From the NCBI GenBank assembly GCA_021789995.1, contig JAJYIQ010000003.1, positions 7,767 to 71,766 of the forward strand: 64,000 nucleotides of DNA, in the 5' to 3' direction. Below, one piece after another: positions 35,888 to 46,000 of the stretch; the stretch's first letter is position 1, and each line of letters starts with the position of its first letter. The notes below the pieces were generated by a model. It saw nothing but the letters and a program-made list of their open reading frames with translations, had not been told where the DNA came from and searched no databases. Source of the DNA: a bacterium (GTDB taxonomy: Bacteria; Patescibacteriota; Microgenomatia; UBA1406; GWC2-37-13). A program made the position numbers and the translations under genes.

Positions 35888-37699
35888 TTATACCACAGGC
35901 GGAGACGTCGGTGGAATCGGTGGCATTGGCGGAGGGGCAGTCTGTCTTTTTTTCAAGAAATAAACAACAATGATGATGGCAACAATAATAATCAGGAAAC
36001 TAAGGGCAGCCGCCAGTAAGCCGGCATTGCCGGCCGCCATGCCGGCGACACTCGCTGTCGGCGAAACAACAGGGTTGCCCGCCACAGCCGGTGGAACTTG
36101 GCTGGCTGGATTATGAACCGCGCCATTTTTATCCTTATAACCGTAAAGATTTTCGTGTTGAGCAGTTATATAATCGGCATTTTCGGCAATGAATTTCGAC
36201 GGCGCTACCGTGACCGGCGCTCCCCCGCTTGCCGGCGTATATTTAACATTGTAGGCCATATCCGGCAGGTATTCCGACGAGATAACAAAATATCCTTTAT
36301 CATCAGTTTGTACCTCGTAAGCCGGTTTACTGGAAGAATTCAGATAGACGCCGACCGTCGCATTTGGCATAATCTGGCCGCCGGCGCTATAAGCATAGCC
36401 TTGCAGATAATTAGGAATCGGCTCAACCGAGAAAACCGTCGGTTTGGTAGTCGTATCAACCGCCGTCAGTTGATTGTAATTTGGTTTGATCAATTCAATG
36501 TCGCCAACCATTTCCGTTGGCTCCAGTTTGCTCATATCGATTTTGATTTCAAATTGACCCTGTTTATTGGCCTGGAAAGTCGCCAACAATCTCGTCCGGA
36601 CGAAACCGCTGGGATCGGTCGCACTTGGTTTTTTCCCGTAAACGTTGATTCTGGTCAACGGATGTGATACCCGTCCCTGAATAATAAATGCGTTGGCTGT
36701 TTTATCAAGCATGGAAAAATACGCTATCAATTTTACCGGTGCCGTGTAAGGTACGGTTTTCGAATCAAGAGGAATATCGCGGTGCTGGATTGCCCCCTGC
36801 TGGACAATGTCCTCGCCGTGATAAATATCGGAATAAATTTGGGAATAGTTATTATTAAGTTTTGTCGGGACGCTGGGGAAAGTAAAATTGGCGGCAGCGG
36901 CGTCTAATTTATATGTTCCATCGGGAACAAAAAACGAAAAAGCACCGCCATCGTCGGTATAAACCGGGTTAAGCAGCGATGCGAATTCCTGGCCGGTTGC
37001 CAGACTGTAAGTGCCGGTGGTTCCTTTTTGGAAAAGACTAACTTTAACGCCGGGAATAGGCTCCAGACTTTGACTATCAAAAACAATCCCGTACGGATCC
37101 CAAGATATGGCGATGCAGTGGGCAGCCGCGCCTTCAAAGGTGAATGTTCCCTGCTGCTGACCGCCGGCGCCGGGAGCAGTGCTGGTTGCGTTGACAAAAT
37201 TCAATGCTAAAAACCTTCGGCCAACACCTTTTGGTGAAGCATCGGTCCATTGTATCGGTTCGACTAATTGATTGGTTCCCCCGGCCCCCATCGGCGCAGT
37301 TAGTTTGCCTTGATCGTTGGAAACAATCTTATCCTTGGGCACCGGTTGACCATTAAAGCTAAATCCCAACTGTTGATAACCGCCAGTCGCCGTCGACTGT
37401 TTTAATCGGGTAAGGCCATCATAACCGACTGTTTGCTGATCTAAAGCCGAATTACCGGTCGTACAAACATTTCCCAACTCGGTAGCAAGACAGTCAAAAA
37501 TGTAAGTTTTGGAATTAGGTGGCACCGGATCATCGGCTTTAGTCGTCAGTTTAACGGTATGACCCTGGCCGTTAGCAGTTGTATATTCCGTATTTAAACA
37601 ATGCCATTGTTGGGCCTCTATTGCGGTTGCCGCCAAAATCGTAGGATGATAAATCAAAAAAGACAGAAAAACAATTAATCCGAATAAAAACTTTTTCAT
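35888..37699 (-). CDS. Surface protein with carboxypeptidase-regulatory-like beta-sandwich repeats and a C-terminal TM
   Basis: Signal peptide; DPYGIVFDS..EPI.G.VSL; NPVYTDDGG.F; TM plus Pro-rich tail. Confidence 0.7.
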   Translation of the reverse strand: MKKFLFGLIVFLSFLIYHPTILAATAIEAQQWHCLNTEYTTANGQGHTVKLTTKADDPVPPNSKTYIFDCLATELGNVCTTGNSALDQQTVGYDGLTRLKQSTATGGYQQLGFSFNGQPVPKDKIVSNDQGKLTAPMGAGGTNQLVEPIQWTDASPKGVGRRFLALNFVNATSTAPGAGGQQQGTFTFEGAAAHCIAISWDPYGIVFDSQSLEPIPGVKVSLFQKGTTGTYSLATGQEFASLLNPVYTDDGGAFSFFVPDGTYKLDAAAANFTFPSVPTKLNNNYSQIYSDIYHGEDIVQQGAIQHRDIPLDSKTVPYTAPVKLIAYFSMLDKTANAFIIQGRVSHPLTRINVYGKKPSATDPSGFVRTRLLATFQANKQGQFEIKIDMSKLEPTEMVGDIELIKPNYNQLTAVDTTTKPTVFSVEPIPNYLQGYAYSAGGQIMPNATVGVYLNSSSKPAYEVQTDDKGYFVISSEYLPDMAYNVKYTPASGGAPVTVAPSKFIAENADYITAQHENLYGYKDKNGAVHNPASQVPPAVAGNPVVSPTASVAGMAAGNAGLLAAALSFLIIIVAIIIVVYFLKKRQTAPPPMPPIPPTSPPVV

Positions 37700-37785
37700 A
37701 AGAGTCTTTAAATTAAAGATAACATACCTTAAAAACATTTGTCAAGCAATAGAAAATATATTATGATGAATTTAACCAAATATCT

Positions 37786-38427
37786 ATGAAACGAGCTCTT
37801 TATTTTATCTTAAGCCTACTTGTAGTTTTTACCGCCTATCATCTTTGTACTCAACCGGTTTATGCTGTTCAGTACGATCTGATCGCGCCATCCGGACAGC
37901 TGACGCGCGGCAGCGACATTCAATTTACGGTCACAATTGACACCCAGGGAGAAACGGTCAGTACAGTTTCGATCGGAATGGTTTATGACAAAAGTATTTT
38001 GCAGTATGAAAAAACCGATCCCGGCAATACGTTTACGACCGTTTCCGCCACCCAGTCCGATGGCGGTCCAAGCAACGTCGGCAACGCTTCGTTTTCCCAA
38101 AGCGCCAACATCATTTTTAACGCTACCAGCGATACCGGCTATTCCGGCAGCGGTAATTTTGCCGTCGTCACTTTCAAACTGATTGCTACCGCTTCGGGTA
38201 GTACCAGCCTTTGCGTTCTTTTTAATCCGACAACGTCGCCAACAACTGCCCCCACCGCAGTACCAACAACACCCGGGGCAGCGCCAACAGCCTTACCCCG
38301 AACCGGCGCTATCGATAAAACTGATCAAGCGGCCGTTGCCGGGATCGCCTTTCTACTGGCGGCCGGGGCCGGCGTAATTATCGGAAAAAGGTTGACTCCT
38401 CACCGCCATCCTCGGTTGCATAAATAA
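37786..38427 (+). CDS. Cohesin-like domain surface protein with LPxTG-type tail
   Basis: Signal peptide; YDKSILQY, GSG.FAVVTFK; PT linker; LPRTG + TM + basic tail. Confidence 0.7.
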   Translation: MKRALYFILSLLVVFTAYHLCTQPVYAVQYDLIAPSGQLTRGSDIQFTVTIDTQGETVSTVSIGMVYDKSILQYEKTDPGNTFTTVSATQSDGGPSNVGNASFSQSANIIFNATSDTGYSGSGNFAVVTFKLIATASGSTSLCVLFNPTTSPTTAPTAVPTTPGAAPTALPRTGAIDKTDQAAVAGIAFLLAAGAGVIIGKRLTPHRHPRLHK

Positions 38428-38442
38428 ACTTTTTTCTCTATC

Positions 38443-40818
38443 ATGAATTTAATGAGAAAAATTGCTCTCTTATTATTGTTGATTTATGGTTTTTTTCAAA
38501 TAGCTTCAATCAATCGTGTTCTTGCCGCTGACGCCCCGACACCGACTCCCGACCTGGCAAATATTCCCATCACCTGCGGCTGTCCGCCGGAGTTAGACTC
38601 AATTTATTTACAACAACAAAATGCCGAAAAAGGTCATGACGTATGTATTGCCAGTCCGAAAGGAGAATACGGTGCCGATGCTTACGAGACTTTTAAAAAA
38701 GACCCCGTTCATAATCATCTCTGGGTCGAAGATGCGACAATCACCGCCCAGGGGAAAGCCGATGAACGGGCACGTCAATTTATTTACTGGGTATTGACGC
38801 ATCCGGCTCTTGATAATAATCCGGTGCTGGTACACGTCTGGGCGGCGGCCCGGAATGTCGCTTATTTTTTTGTCCTAATTATCGGGGCGATAATGGGCTT
38901 GGGAATCATTATCAACCGGCGCAGCAATTTTAGTTCCTCGGTTAAAGTCTGGCCTTCAATTTGGAAAATTCTGCTTGTCCTTTTATATATTTCTTTTTCC
39001 GCCACCATTGTTATTACGTTAATTCAGTTATCGGAAGTGCTGATGAAATTTTTTATTGAGAATCTGGGTGGAAAAGACCTCTTCCAGATTTATTTCAGCG
39101 GTACCAATACGGAAAGTAGTTATCTGAATTTTGTCGGTTGCCGCGATTTGAATATCCGCGTCCAAGAACAAGTCGGCAACCAATTAATGCTCGCTAAAAT
39201 AACCAATATCACATATTATGTTATGGGCGGAATGATCCTTTTGCGAAAAGTGCTTTTATGGTTTCTTCTTTTTGCCTCGCCGTTTTTGGGAATTCTCATA
39301 CCATTTGTCTTTATCCGCAACATCGGTTGGATTTGGATTGGAGTGTTTTTACAATGGATATTCTACGGCCCGTTGTTGGCATTATTTTTAGGCGGCTTAG
39401 CCGCCATTTGGCACTCCGGTATTCCTTTCCCTTTTGATTTTTCCCGAGTAAATCAGGTTTCCGGTTACGTCTACCCGACTGCGACCGACATCGCTTTTGC
39501 CGGCCCGGCTCAAAACTGGATGATTTCGGATAAAGTCACCAACAATCTTAATTACATTGATACTTACGCCGAATATATTATTACCCTGCTCATGTTGTGG
39601 GCGGTGACTTTCTTTCCCTGGTGGCTGCTGCGGATTTTCCGCGATTATTGCTGTGACGCCATTAATGCTTCGAAAAATATATTAATGTCGATGTATGACC
39701 AGATGCGCGGCGGCCCGCAGCCTTCGGCGCCCACTCCGACGCCGGCACCAACCAATATCGGCGTGGCAATGAAAATTCCCCAATCGGTGCAAATCCCGAT
39801 CAAGGTGAAACTGGAGACGATGGAAGAAATCAAAAAGACAAAAACGGAAGACATCACCCGGTCGCTCAATATCAAAGCATCAACCCTGACTGACGTCGCT
39901 CATTTCGAAACCAATAAAGAACTGAATAAAACAGTCAATAAAAACATCAACTACCTGCAAAATCCGACACAGGCGGAAACGGCAACCGAACGGCAAAAAT
40001 ATATGAATATCCGAACCGAGCTTTTCAACCGGGCGGTCAAAGACGATGTCGTCGCCAAACAAGTCCTGACATCCATCTCCTCTTCCCATGTCGAACAGGT
40101 CGCCAAACGCCAGGAAATGCTTAAGACAATTTCCCAAATGGTACCGGTCACCAAATTGGAGCAAATCAAAATCAAGACGAACGATATCGATATCCCTGTA
40201 CCAACCGCTAAGCTGGAGCAGGTAAAACTCAAAACCGGTGAAATCAAAGTACAAATCCCGGTCAAAACACCGGAAAAAAGCATTGAACAAATAATTCCGT
40301 TGCCGCCGACGGTGCCGATCGAAGAATATGAACAAGTCAAGCGGATGTGGAAAGAACAGTACGAAAAAGGGGAAGTACCGACAACGGAAAATATCAAAAG
40401 CCGTGAAGCCTGGGTCGATCAGGATATTGTCTTTATTACCAACACATTAAACAAACTTTTCTCTTCCGATGAAAAAATCAAACAGGCCGGACTGGATGAT
40501 GTCGGCTACATCCTGCCGATATTTTTAGTCAATAATTTGAAAGGTGATCAGCTGGTTGTCTATCTGAAAGCAAAAGTCGAAGCAGCAAAAGAAGTTAAAG
40601 AAATGAAAGAAAAAGAAAAGGAAATTACGGAAAAATTGACAGCCGAAGCTGCTGAAGAATTTGCCACGGTCGCCAAACCGAAGGAACAAAAGGCGGAAAA
40701 AACAATGGAAATGAAAGAAGAGATTAAAGACGAAGTCAAGCCGGAAGAAACTAAACCTGAAGCAGAGCCTTCGGAAAACGGGTCAAAACCGCCGCCTGAT
40801 CAGACGCATCAACCATAA
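38443..40818 (+). CDS. Large polytopic membrane protein (VirB6/TrbL-like N-terminal half) with a charged C-terminal domain
   Basis: W...RN.AY, LLR...LW.L...SP, QWIFYGP; Lys/Glu-rich tail. Confidence 0.55.
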   Translation: MNLMRKIALLLLLIYGFFQIASINRVLAADAPTPTPDLANIPITCGCPPELDSIYLQQQNAEKGHDVCIASPKGEYGADAYETFKKDPVHNHLWVEDATITAQGKADERARQFIYWVLTHPALDNNPVLVHVWAAARNVAYFFVLIIGAIMGLGIIINRRSNFSSSVKVWPSIWKILLVLLYISFSATIVITLIQLSEVLMKFFIENLGGKDLFQIYFSGTNTESSYLNFVGCRDLNIRVQEQVGNQLMLAKITNITYYVMGGMILLRKVLLWFLLFASPFLGILIPFVFIRNIGWIWIGVFLQWIFYGPLLALFLGGLAAIWHSGIPFPFDFSRVNQVSGYVYPTATDIAFAGPAQNWMISDKVTNNLNYIDTYAEYIITLLMLWAVTFFPWWLLRIFRDYCCDAINASKNILMSMYDQMRGGPQPSAPTPTPAPTNIGVAMKIPQSVQIPIKVKLETMEEIKKTKTEDITRSLNIKASTLTDVAHFETNKELNKTVNKNINYLQNPTQAETATERQKYMNIRTELFNRAVKDDVVAKQVLTSISSSHVEQVAKRQEMLKTISQMVPVTKLEQIKIKTNDIDIPVPTAKLEQVKLKTGEIKVQIPVKTPEKSIEQIIPLPPTVPIEEYEQVKRMWKEQYEKGEVPTTENIKSREAWVDQDIVFITNTLNKLFSSDEKIKQAGLDDVGYILPIFLVNNLKGDQLVVYLKAKVEAAKEVKEMKEKEKEITEKLTAEAAEEFATVAKPKEQKAEKTMEMKEEIKDEVKPEETKPEAEPSENGSKPPPDQTHQP

Positions 40819-41827
40819 CGGTATCTTCGACCCTCATCCCGTATTTTCCCGGTAAGTAAATTCCCGGTTCAATCGTAAATACCTGGCCGGCCCTGACGAT
40901 ATCCGTTGATTGAGCTGATAATTTCGGATATTCATGAATTTCCAATCCGACGCCATGTCCCAACGAATGGGTAAAACTCTGGTGACGCCGGGAATACTCA
41001 TCCAGTTTTTTGGCCGGCTCGCCGATTTCAATTTGGTCGATCGTTTCCGCCTGCAATTTTCGCAACTGATTATAAACGTTAATCATTTCCGTGTCGGGAT
41101 TGATAAACACCATCCGGGTAATATCCGACCGGTAATCGGCATATTTTGCCCCGAAATCGATAAGGACAACCGAATGCTTTTCCACCTTGCCAGCGCCGTC
41201 TTTGGTCGAATAATGGGGAACGGCCGAATTTTGATTGACGGCAACAATCGGGTCAAACGCCAGATCGTATCCGTGCTTTTTTAGCCACATTTCCAGCCGG
41301 AAAGCAATCTCCTTTTCTGTCTGTCCGACTTTAATTGTTCTTATTATTTCGGTAAGGCACTGGTCGGTGACCGTACAGGCTTTTTGGATTTTTCTAATTT
41401 CTTCGTCATTTTTTATTTCTCGGATTCTGATAATCAAATTATTGACCGCTACCAATCTGACCGACGGAAACGTCTTTTGCAATTTTTCGTATTCGTCAAC
41501 GTGCAGATCTTCGGCCTCAACTGCCAACGATTGGATTTTTTCTGCAGTTATAATATCCGATAAATGCCTCATGACGCTTTTCTCCGGCGCGATCAATTTT
41601 AATTGAAGATTGGAAATTGAAAATTGAAAATTTTTACCGAAGTATCGGCCATCGGTAAATAAATACATATTGTTTTTAGTGACTAAAACGAATGCTTCCC
41701 GTTCATCGGCCGTCAGTGTTTTGAAACCAGTAAGATAAAGGATGTTGTAGAAACTGGAAACCAGTAAGACATCGGTTTTCAATTCCGCCATTTTTTTTCG
41801 TAATTTCCGGATTCGATTGTTTTCCAT
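40751..41827 (-). CDS. Xaa-Pro aminopeptidase (M24B)
   Basis: TDGRY, IDFGA..SDITR, HSLGHGVGLEIHE, TIEPGIY, RVED. Confidence 0.95.
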   Translation of the reverse strand: MENNRIRKLRKKMAELKTDVLLVSSFYNILYLTGFKTLTADEREAFVLVTKNNMYLFTDGRYFGKNFQFSISNLQLKLIAPEKSVMRHLSDIITAEKIQSLAVEAEDLHVDEYEKLQKTFPSVRLVAVNNLIIRIREIKNDEEIRKIQKACTVTDQCLTEIIRTIKVGQTEKEIAFRLEMWLKKHGYDLAFDPIVAVNQNSAVPHYSTKDGAGKVEKHSVVLIDFGAKYADYRSDITRMVFINPDTEMINVYNQLRKLQAETIDQIEIGEPAKKLDEYSRRHQSFTHSLGHGVGLEIHEYPKLSAQSTDIVRAGQVFTIEPGIYLPGKYGMRVEDTVMVDASDQAAVLTRFPKALLQV

Positions 41828-41847
41828 ATCTGTTAAAATTATACTTT

Positions 41848-42384
41848 ATGAAATATTATACCGACAAACTCTATCTCGCCCAGGTCGATAAAAATGATAA
41901 TGTCACCGGTCAAGTCGAACGCTGGGAAGCGCATAAAAAAGGCATTCTTCACCGTGGCTTCACCGTCATTTTATTTTATGGGGACAAAATCGTTCTCCAG
42001 CACCGCCGTCACCCGGCCTTCGATAAATTTTGGGACCTGTCCTTTTCCTCCCACCAGATATATAAGAACAATTCTTTGCAAAACAACCGGGAAGCAATCG
42101 GCGAGACTTTAAAACGGGAATGGAACATTGACAAAAATGGGTTAAAACGGGCGGTGCAATTTCTGGGAAAAATTTACTACCGGGCGAAAGACCCAAACAG
42201 TATTTATACCGAACACGAATTTGATTATATCTACTCCGCCGAATTAAAAAACACACCAAACCCTAACTCAAATTACGCTTACGGTTTTGAGCTGATTGAT
42301 AATTCTGAATTCTCAATTCTAAATTCTAAATTCTCTTTGACTCCCTGGGTTGAAAAAATCATCGCGGAAATCGCTATAATATAG
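41848..42384 (+). CDS. idi: Isopentenyl-diphosphate isomerase type 1 (Nudix fold)
   Basis: AH..GILHRGF, SSH (normally CSH), EHEFDY, TPW. Confidence 0.7.
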   Translation: MKYYTDKLYLAQVDKNDNVTGQVERWEAHKKGILHRGFTVILFYGDKIVLQHRRHPAFDKFWDLSFSSHQIYKNNSLQNNREAIGETLKREWNIDKNGLKRAVQFLGKIYYRAKDPNSIYTEHEFDYIYSAELKNTPNPNSNYAYGFELIDNSEFSILNSKFSLTPWVEKIIAEIAII

Positions 42385-42386
42385 AA

Positions 42387-43787
42387 ATGCTCCAGGTTAA
42401 ACGGCGGTTAATTATTTTTTTTATTCTGTTAATCATCATCCTTCCTCTCCTTTTTCTGTTTTTCCAATACTTTTCCAAAGCGGCACCGATCAAAGCCAAT
42501 ATCGTCATCGATACCAAAAAAACAGTCGGTCCGGTCCCCGACCGCTGGAAGGCTCTCGCCCAAGGCGGTGAGGAAAGCGGCGTCCGGATGCTTGGCAACG
42601 TCATCCCTCAAGTCGCTGGCCTTTATCCCCGATATATCCGCCTCGACCACATTTACGATTATTATGATGTCATCAAACGCGATTCGTCCGGCCAGTTGAC
42701 TTTTGACTGGTCGAAACTCGATGAAACCGTCTGTGACATTTATCATACCGGCGCCAAGCCATTTCTTTCCCTGGGCTACATGCCGGAAGTATTATCCGGC
42801 GACAAATCATTGATTTCCGTTCCGCGCGACTGGAACGAATGGGCTTTGACGGTCCAGAAAACAATCGAACATTACAGCGGTACCAATAACCGGCTTTGCG
42901 GCCAGATCACTGGTTTCTGGAAAACCGATGTTTATTATGAAGTCTGGAATGAGCCCGACCTGGAAACATTTGGTAAATGGAGCATTTACGGCGGCAAGGA
43001 TTATAAAACGCTGTATTATTATTCGGCCATCGGCGCGGCAGCTGCCAAAAACGTTTACCCATTCAAGCTCGGCGGCCCGGTAACGACCGCTTTGTACAAA
43101 AACTGGATCCAAACATTTTTAAATTACATCAGCCAAAACCACCTCCGGCTGGATTTTATCAGCTGGCACCATTATTCCAAAAATACCGACGATTACACGA
43201 CCGATATGGATAATTTGAATCAATATCTTGCTCCGCCCCAGTACGCCCGCTACCGGGCACTGCCTAAAATAATCAGCGAATGGGGTTACGATTCCGACCC
43301 GAATGCTATTGCCGATACCAATATCGGCGCCGCCCATACAATTGCCTCCATCCGCAACTTTTTTGACGCCAATTACGAAATGGCGTTCTTGTTTGAAATA
43401 AAAGACGGGCCGACGCCGCGCTGGGGTCTACTCGGCTATAATGGAGAAATCAAGCCGCGCTACCGCGCTTTAGAGCTTCTTAACTTGCTTGAAGGAAGAC
43501 GACTACAGGTGACCGGCGAAGGCACTTATGTCAGCGCCCTGGCGAGCGTATCGCCGGAAAAAATTGCCGTCGTCTTGGTAAACTACGATATCCAAAATAA
43601 AAATAACGAAATGGTACCGGTGACTCTCACCGATCTCAATCCGGGCACTTACAATTTAATCATCCGCTATCTGGAAGGAAATACCGTCACCATTCCCAAT
43701 GTTATGCCGGTAAACGGCGAGTTACGGCGGGATATTCTAATGACCCCAAATTCCGTCATTGCATTGGAGTTGGTTTCAAACCATTGA
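42387..43787 (+). CDS. Glycoside hydrolase family 39-like protein
   Basis: YEVWNEPD, LGGP, DFISWHHY, IISEW. Confidence 0.8.
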   Translation: MLQVKRRLIIFFILLIIILPLLFLFFQYFSKAAPIKANIVIDTKKTVGPVPDRWKALAQGGEESGVRMLGNVIPQVAGLYPRYIRLDHIYDYYDVIKRDSSGQLTFDWSKLDETVCDIYHTGAKPFLSLGYMPEVLSGDKSLISVPRDWNEWALTVQKTIEHYSGTNNRLCGQITGFWKTDVYYEVWNEPDLETFGKWSIYGGKDYKTLYYYSAIGAAAAKNVYPFKLGGPVTTALYKNWIQTFLNYISQNHLRLDFISWHHYSKNTDDYTTDMDNLNQYLAPPQYARYRALPKIISEWGYDSDPNAIADTNIGAAHTIASIRNFFDANYEMAFLFEIKDGPTPRWGLLGYNGEIKPRYRALELLNLLEGRRLQVTGEGTYVSALASVSPEKIAVVLVNYDIQNKNNEMVPVTLTDLNPGTYNLIIRYLEGNTVTIPNVMPVNGELRRDILMTPNSVIALELVSNH

Positions 43788-43953
43788 TCGCATCCTGGAT
43801 CTGCATTGTTCCCTCCGACACTTGGCGGTTGACAGTCATTATTTTACGGTATAAATAATATTCGCCGGCGGCCAATACCAGGAAAGCGACCGTGACGACG
43901 GTAGTTACCAGCAGCGTATGGCGGCGGATATAATTGGCAATATCTTTTTCCAT
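43756..43953 (-). CDS. Small membrane protein
   Basis: SD GGAGGTG; one TM. Confidence 0.6.
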   Translation of the reverse strand: MEKDIANYIRRHTLLVTTVVTVAFLVLAAGEYYLYRKIMTVNRQVSEGTMQIQDAINGLKPTPMQ

Positions 43954-44039
43954 TCTCTCACCTCCCTTTATTTTATCGTACCATAGTTTTTGTCAGTCAA
44001 ACAGAAAAAATTATTGCGGATAATGTACAATACAAAAAC

Positions 44040-45386
44040 ATGTTTGATCAAAACCTGGCCATTGTTGATTTGGAAACGACCGGCTTAAGCGGCGGCTACG
44101 ACCGGATTATCGAACTGGCGATCATTCGTGTCGAGAAAAATAAAATTGTTGATCAATATACCACGCTTATCAATCCCGAAACTTATATCTCGCCATTTAT
44201 CGAAAACTTCACCGGCATTGCCAAAGAAGAACTCTTGACTGCCCCCCTTTTTGCCGACGTCAAAAACCGGGTAATCGACCTGTTAACTGATGCCGTTTTT
44301 GTCGCCCATAATGTCCGCTTCGACTATACTTTCGTCAAAAATGAACTGAAACGGACCGGCACTTCTTTCCGCGCCAAAACCTGCTGCACCGTCAAGCTGT
44401 CGCGTCGGCTTTTTCCTCGTTATAAACGCCACGGATTGGAATCGATTATAGAACGCTATAATTTTCGTTATAAACACCGCCACCGCGCCTATGACGATGC
44501 CTATGTTTTGTGGCAATTTTTGCAAAAAATAAAAAGGACTGTCCCTAAAAAAAAGGTCGAAGAAATATGGAAGGCGTTAACGAAATCGGTATACAGCAGC
44601 GATAAAAATCTGGTCAAACAGATTGATAATTTACCGGAATCGGCCGGTATTTATATTTTTTATGACAAAAACCAAACGGCCTTGTATGTCGGAAAAAGCA
44701 AAAATATTTATCACCGCGTCGTCTCCCATTTTACCGCCGACGGCCGTTCGGACAAACACCTGGCGATGATGAAAGATGTCGCCCATATCGACTACCGGCA
44801 GACGGCCGGCGAACTGGGCGCTCTGCTTCGCGAAGCCCAATTGGTGAAGGAACTGCAGCCGTTTTACAACCGCGTCTTACGGAAAAAGGATTTATTTTAT
44901 ACCGTCAATAAATGGAAAAACAAATACGGCTATTTCGAATTTAAACTGGCGACGGTTGACAACTTAGACGAATTGGATTTTGACAATCTTTTTGGAAATT
45001 TCAACAGCCTGTCACAAGCCAAGGATTATCTGACAAACCTGACGGAGAAATATAAACTCTGCTCGAAACTAACCGGGGTAGAAACGACCAAGTCGTCATG
45101 CTTTAACTACAAACTGGGTAAATGCAACGGCGCCTGCATCAGAAAAGAAAGCGCCGGAAAATATAACAACCGTTTTTTGATTGCCTATATCGAAAATAAG
45201 CAATTCCGCCCCTGGCCATATAATGGAGCAATTGAGATTTTCGAAAAAGATGAGGAAAACGAATTATACGAAACATTTACGATCAATAACTGGCGGTTAA
45301 ACGGTAAGCCTTTCGACCTCGACCGCTACCGGATCTTTTCCCAGTATTTATCAAAGTCAAAAACCATATCCTACATAAAATCATAA
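44040..45386 (+). CDS. DnaQ-like exonuclease fused to a UvrC/Cho-like GIY-YIG domain
   Basis: VDLETTG, AHNVRFD, HRAYDDA; LPESAGIY...YVGKS..RV.SHF; Cys cluster. Confidence 0.85.
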   Translation: MFDQNLAIVDLETTGLSGGYDRIIELAIIRVEKNKIVDQYTTLINPETYISPFIENFTGIAKEELLTAPLFADVKNRVIDLLTDAVFVAHNVRFDYTFVKNELKRTGTSFRAKTCCTVKLSRRLFPRYKRHGLESIIERYNFRYKHRHRAYDDAYVLWQFLQKIKRTVPKKKVEEIWKALTKSVYSSDKNLVKQIDNLPESAGIYIFYDKNQTALYVGKSKNIYHRVVSHFTADGRSDKHLAMMKDVAHIDYRQTAGELGALLREAQLVKELQPFYNRVLRKKDLFYTVNKWKNKYGYFEFKLATVDNLDELDFDNLFGNFNSLSQAKDYLTNLTEKYKLCSKLTGVETTKSSCFNYKLGKCNGACIRKESAGKYNNRFLIAYIENKQFRPWPYNGAIEIFEKDEENELYETFTINNWRLNGKPFDLDRYRIFSQYLSKSKTISYIKS

Positions 45387-45470
45387 CTTGGTGAATATTT
45401 ATCTACACCATAGTCACCTGTAGATAATACACGTTCATTAGTTAGCTTAAATCTCTGATAAAATAAGACC

Positions 45471-45920
45471 ATGAGAATTATCAATCGAAAGTTCCATCGA
45501 GAATATACCGAGCTGGAAAAATATGAGACGGGCATTATCCTCTCCGGTGCCGAGGTAAAATCGTTGCGGGAGGGGCGGTTGCAGCTGGAAGATGCTTTTG
45601 TCAGGCTTATGGGGTCGGAGGCATATCTCATTAATGCCAATATTCCCATCTACCAATATGCCCGGATGTCCGATTACGATCCAAAAAGGAGCCGGAAATT
45701 GCTTTTGCACAAGAAGGAATTGTTGCGCCTTAAGACCAAAATCGCCCAAGGCGGCGGGTTGACTTTAGCCCCGGTAAGCTGCTATAATAAGGGTGCTTTA
45801 ATCAAGCTCGAAATCGCGTTGGTAAAAGGAAAACGGGATATCGAAAAACGGAAACTGGAGAAAAAAAGAGATATTGAACGACAAGAAAAAAGAGAACTTA
45901 AAGAATGGACGAAAAGTTAA
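45471..45920 (+). CDS. smpB: SsrA-binding protein SmpB
   Basis: ETGIILSGAEVKSLR, RSRKLLLHKKE, GKR..EKR. Confidence 0.95.
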   Translation: MRIINRKFHREYTELEKYETGIILSGAEVKSLREGRLQLEDAFVRLMGSEAYLINANIPIYQYARMSDYDPKRSRKLLLHKKELLRLKTKIAQGGGLTLAPVSCYNKGALIKLEIALVKGKRDIEKRKLEKKRDIERQEKRELKEWTKS

Positions 45921-46000
45921 AATTGGTTTAAATTAGTTGAAATTAGATTAAACTAGTTTCAACAAATTTTTAACCAGTTTCATCCAGTTTTAACTGAATT
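45921..46000. repeat. Degenerate ~10-nt tandem array between smpB and ssrA
   Basis: AATTGGTTTA AATTAGTTGA AATTAGATTA AACTAGTTTC ... AACCAGTTTC ATCCAGTTTT. Confidence 0.65.

Noticed and set aside
40141..40270. Duplicated VPxxKLEQxKxKT segment in the large membrane protein
   Set aside because: Ordinary diverged protein-level repeat with codon-multiple period.
44040..45386. Third GIY-YIG domain as part of the tRNA-linked cassette
   Set aside because: It is a UvrC/Cho-type domain fused to a DnaQ-like exonuclease, with no tRNA copy or CCGCC hairpin beside it; an ordinary repair protein.
45399..45427. TTATCTACA/TGTAGATAA inverted repeat before smpB
   Set aside because: Single short copy with no T-tract or partner; cannot be assigned.
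45921..46000. CRISPR array
   Set aside because: Units are ~10 nt, contiguous and without spacers; no cas genes.
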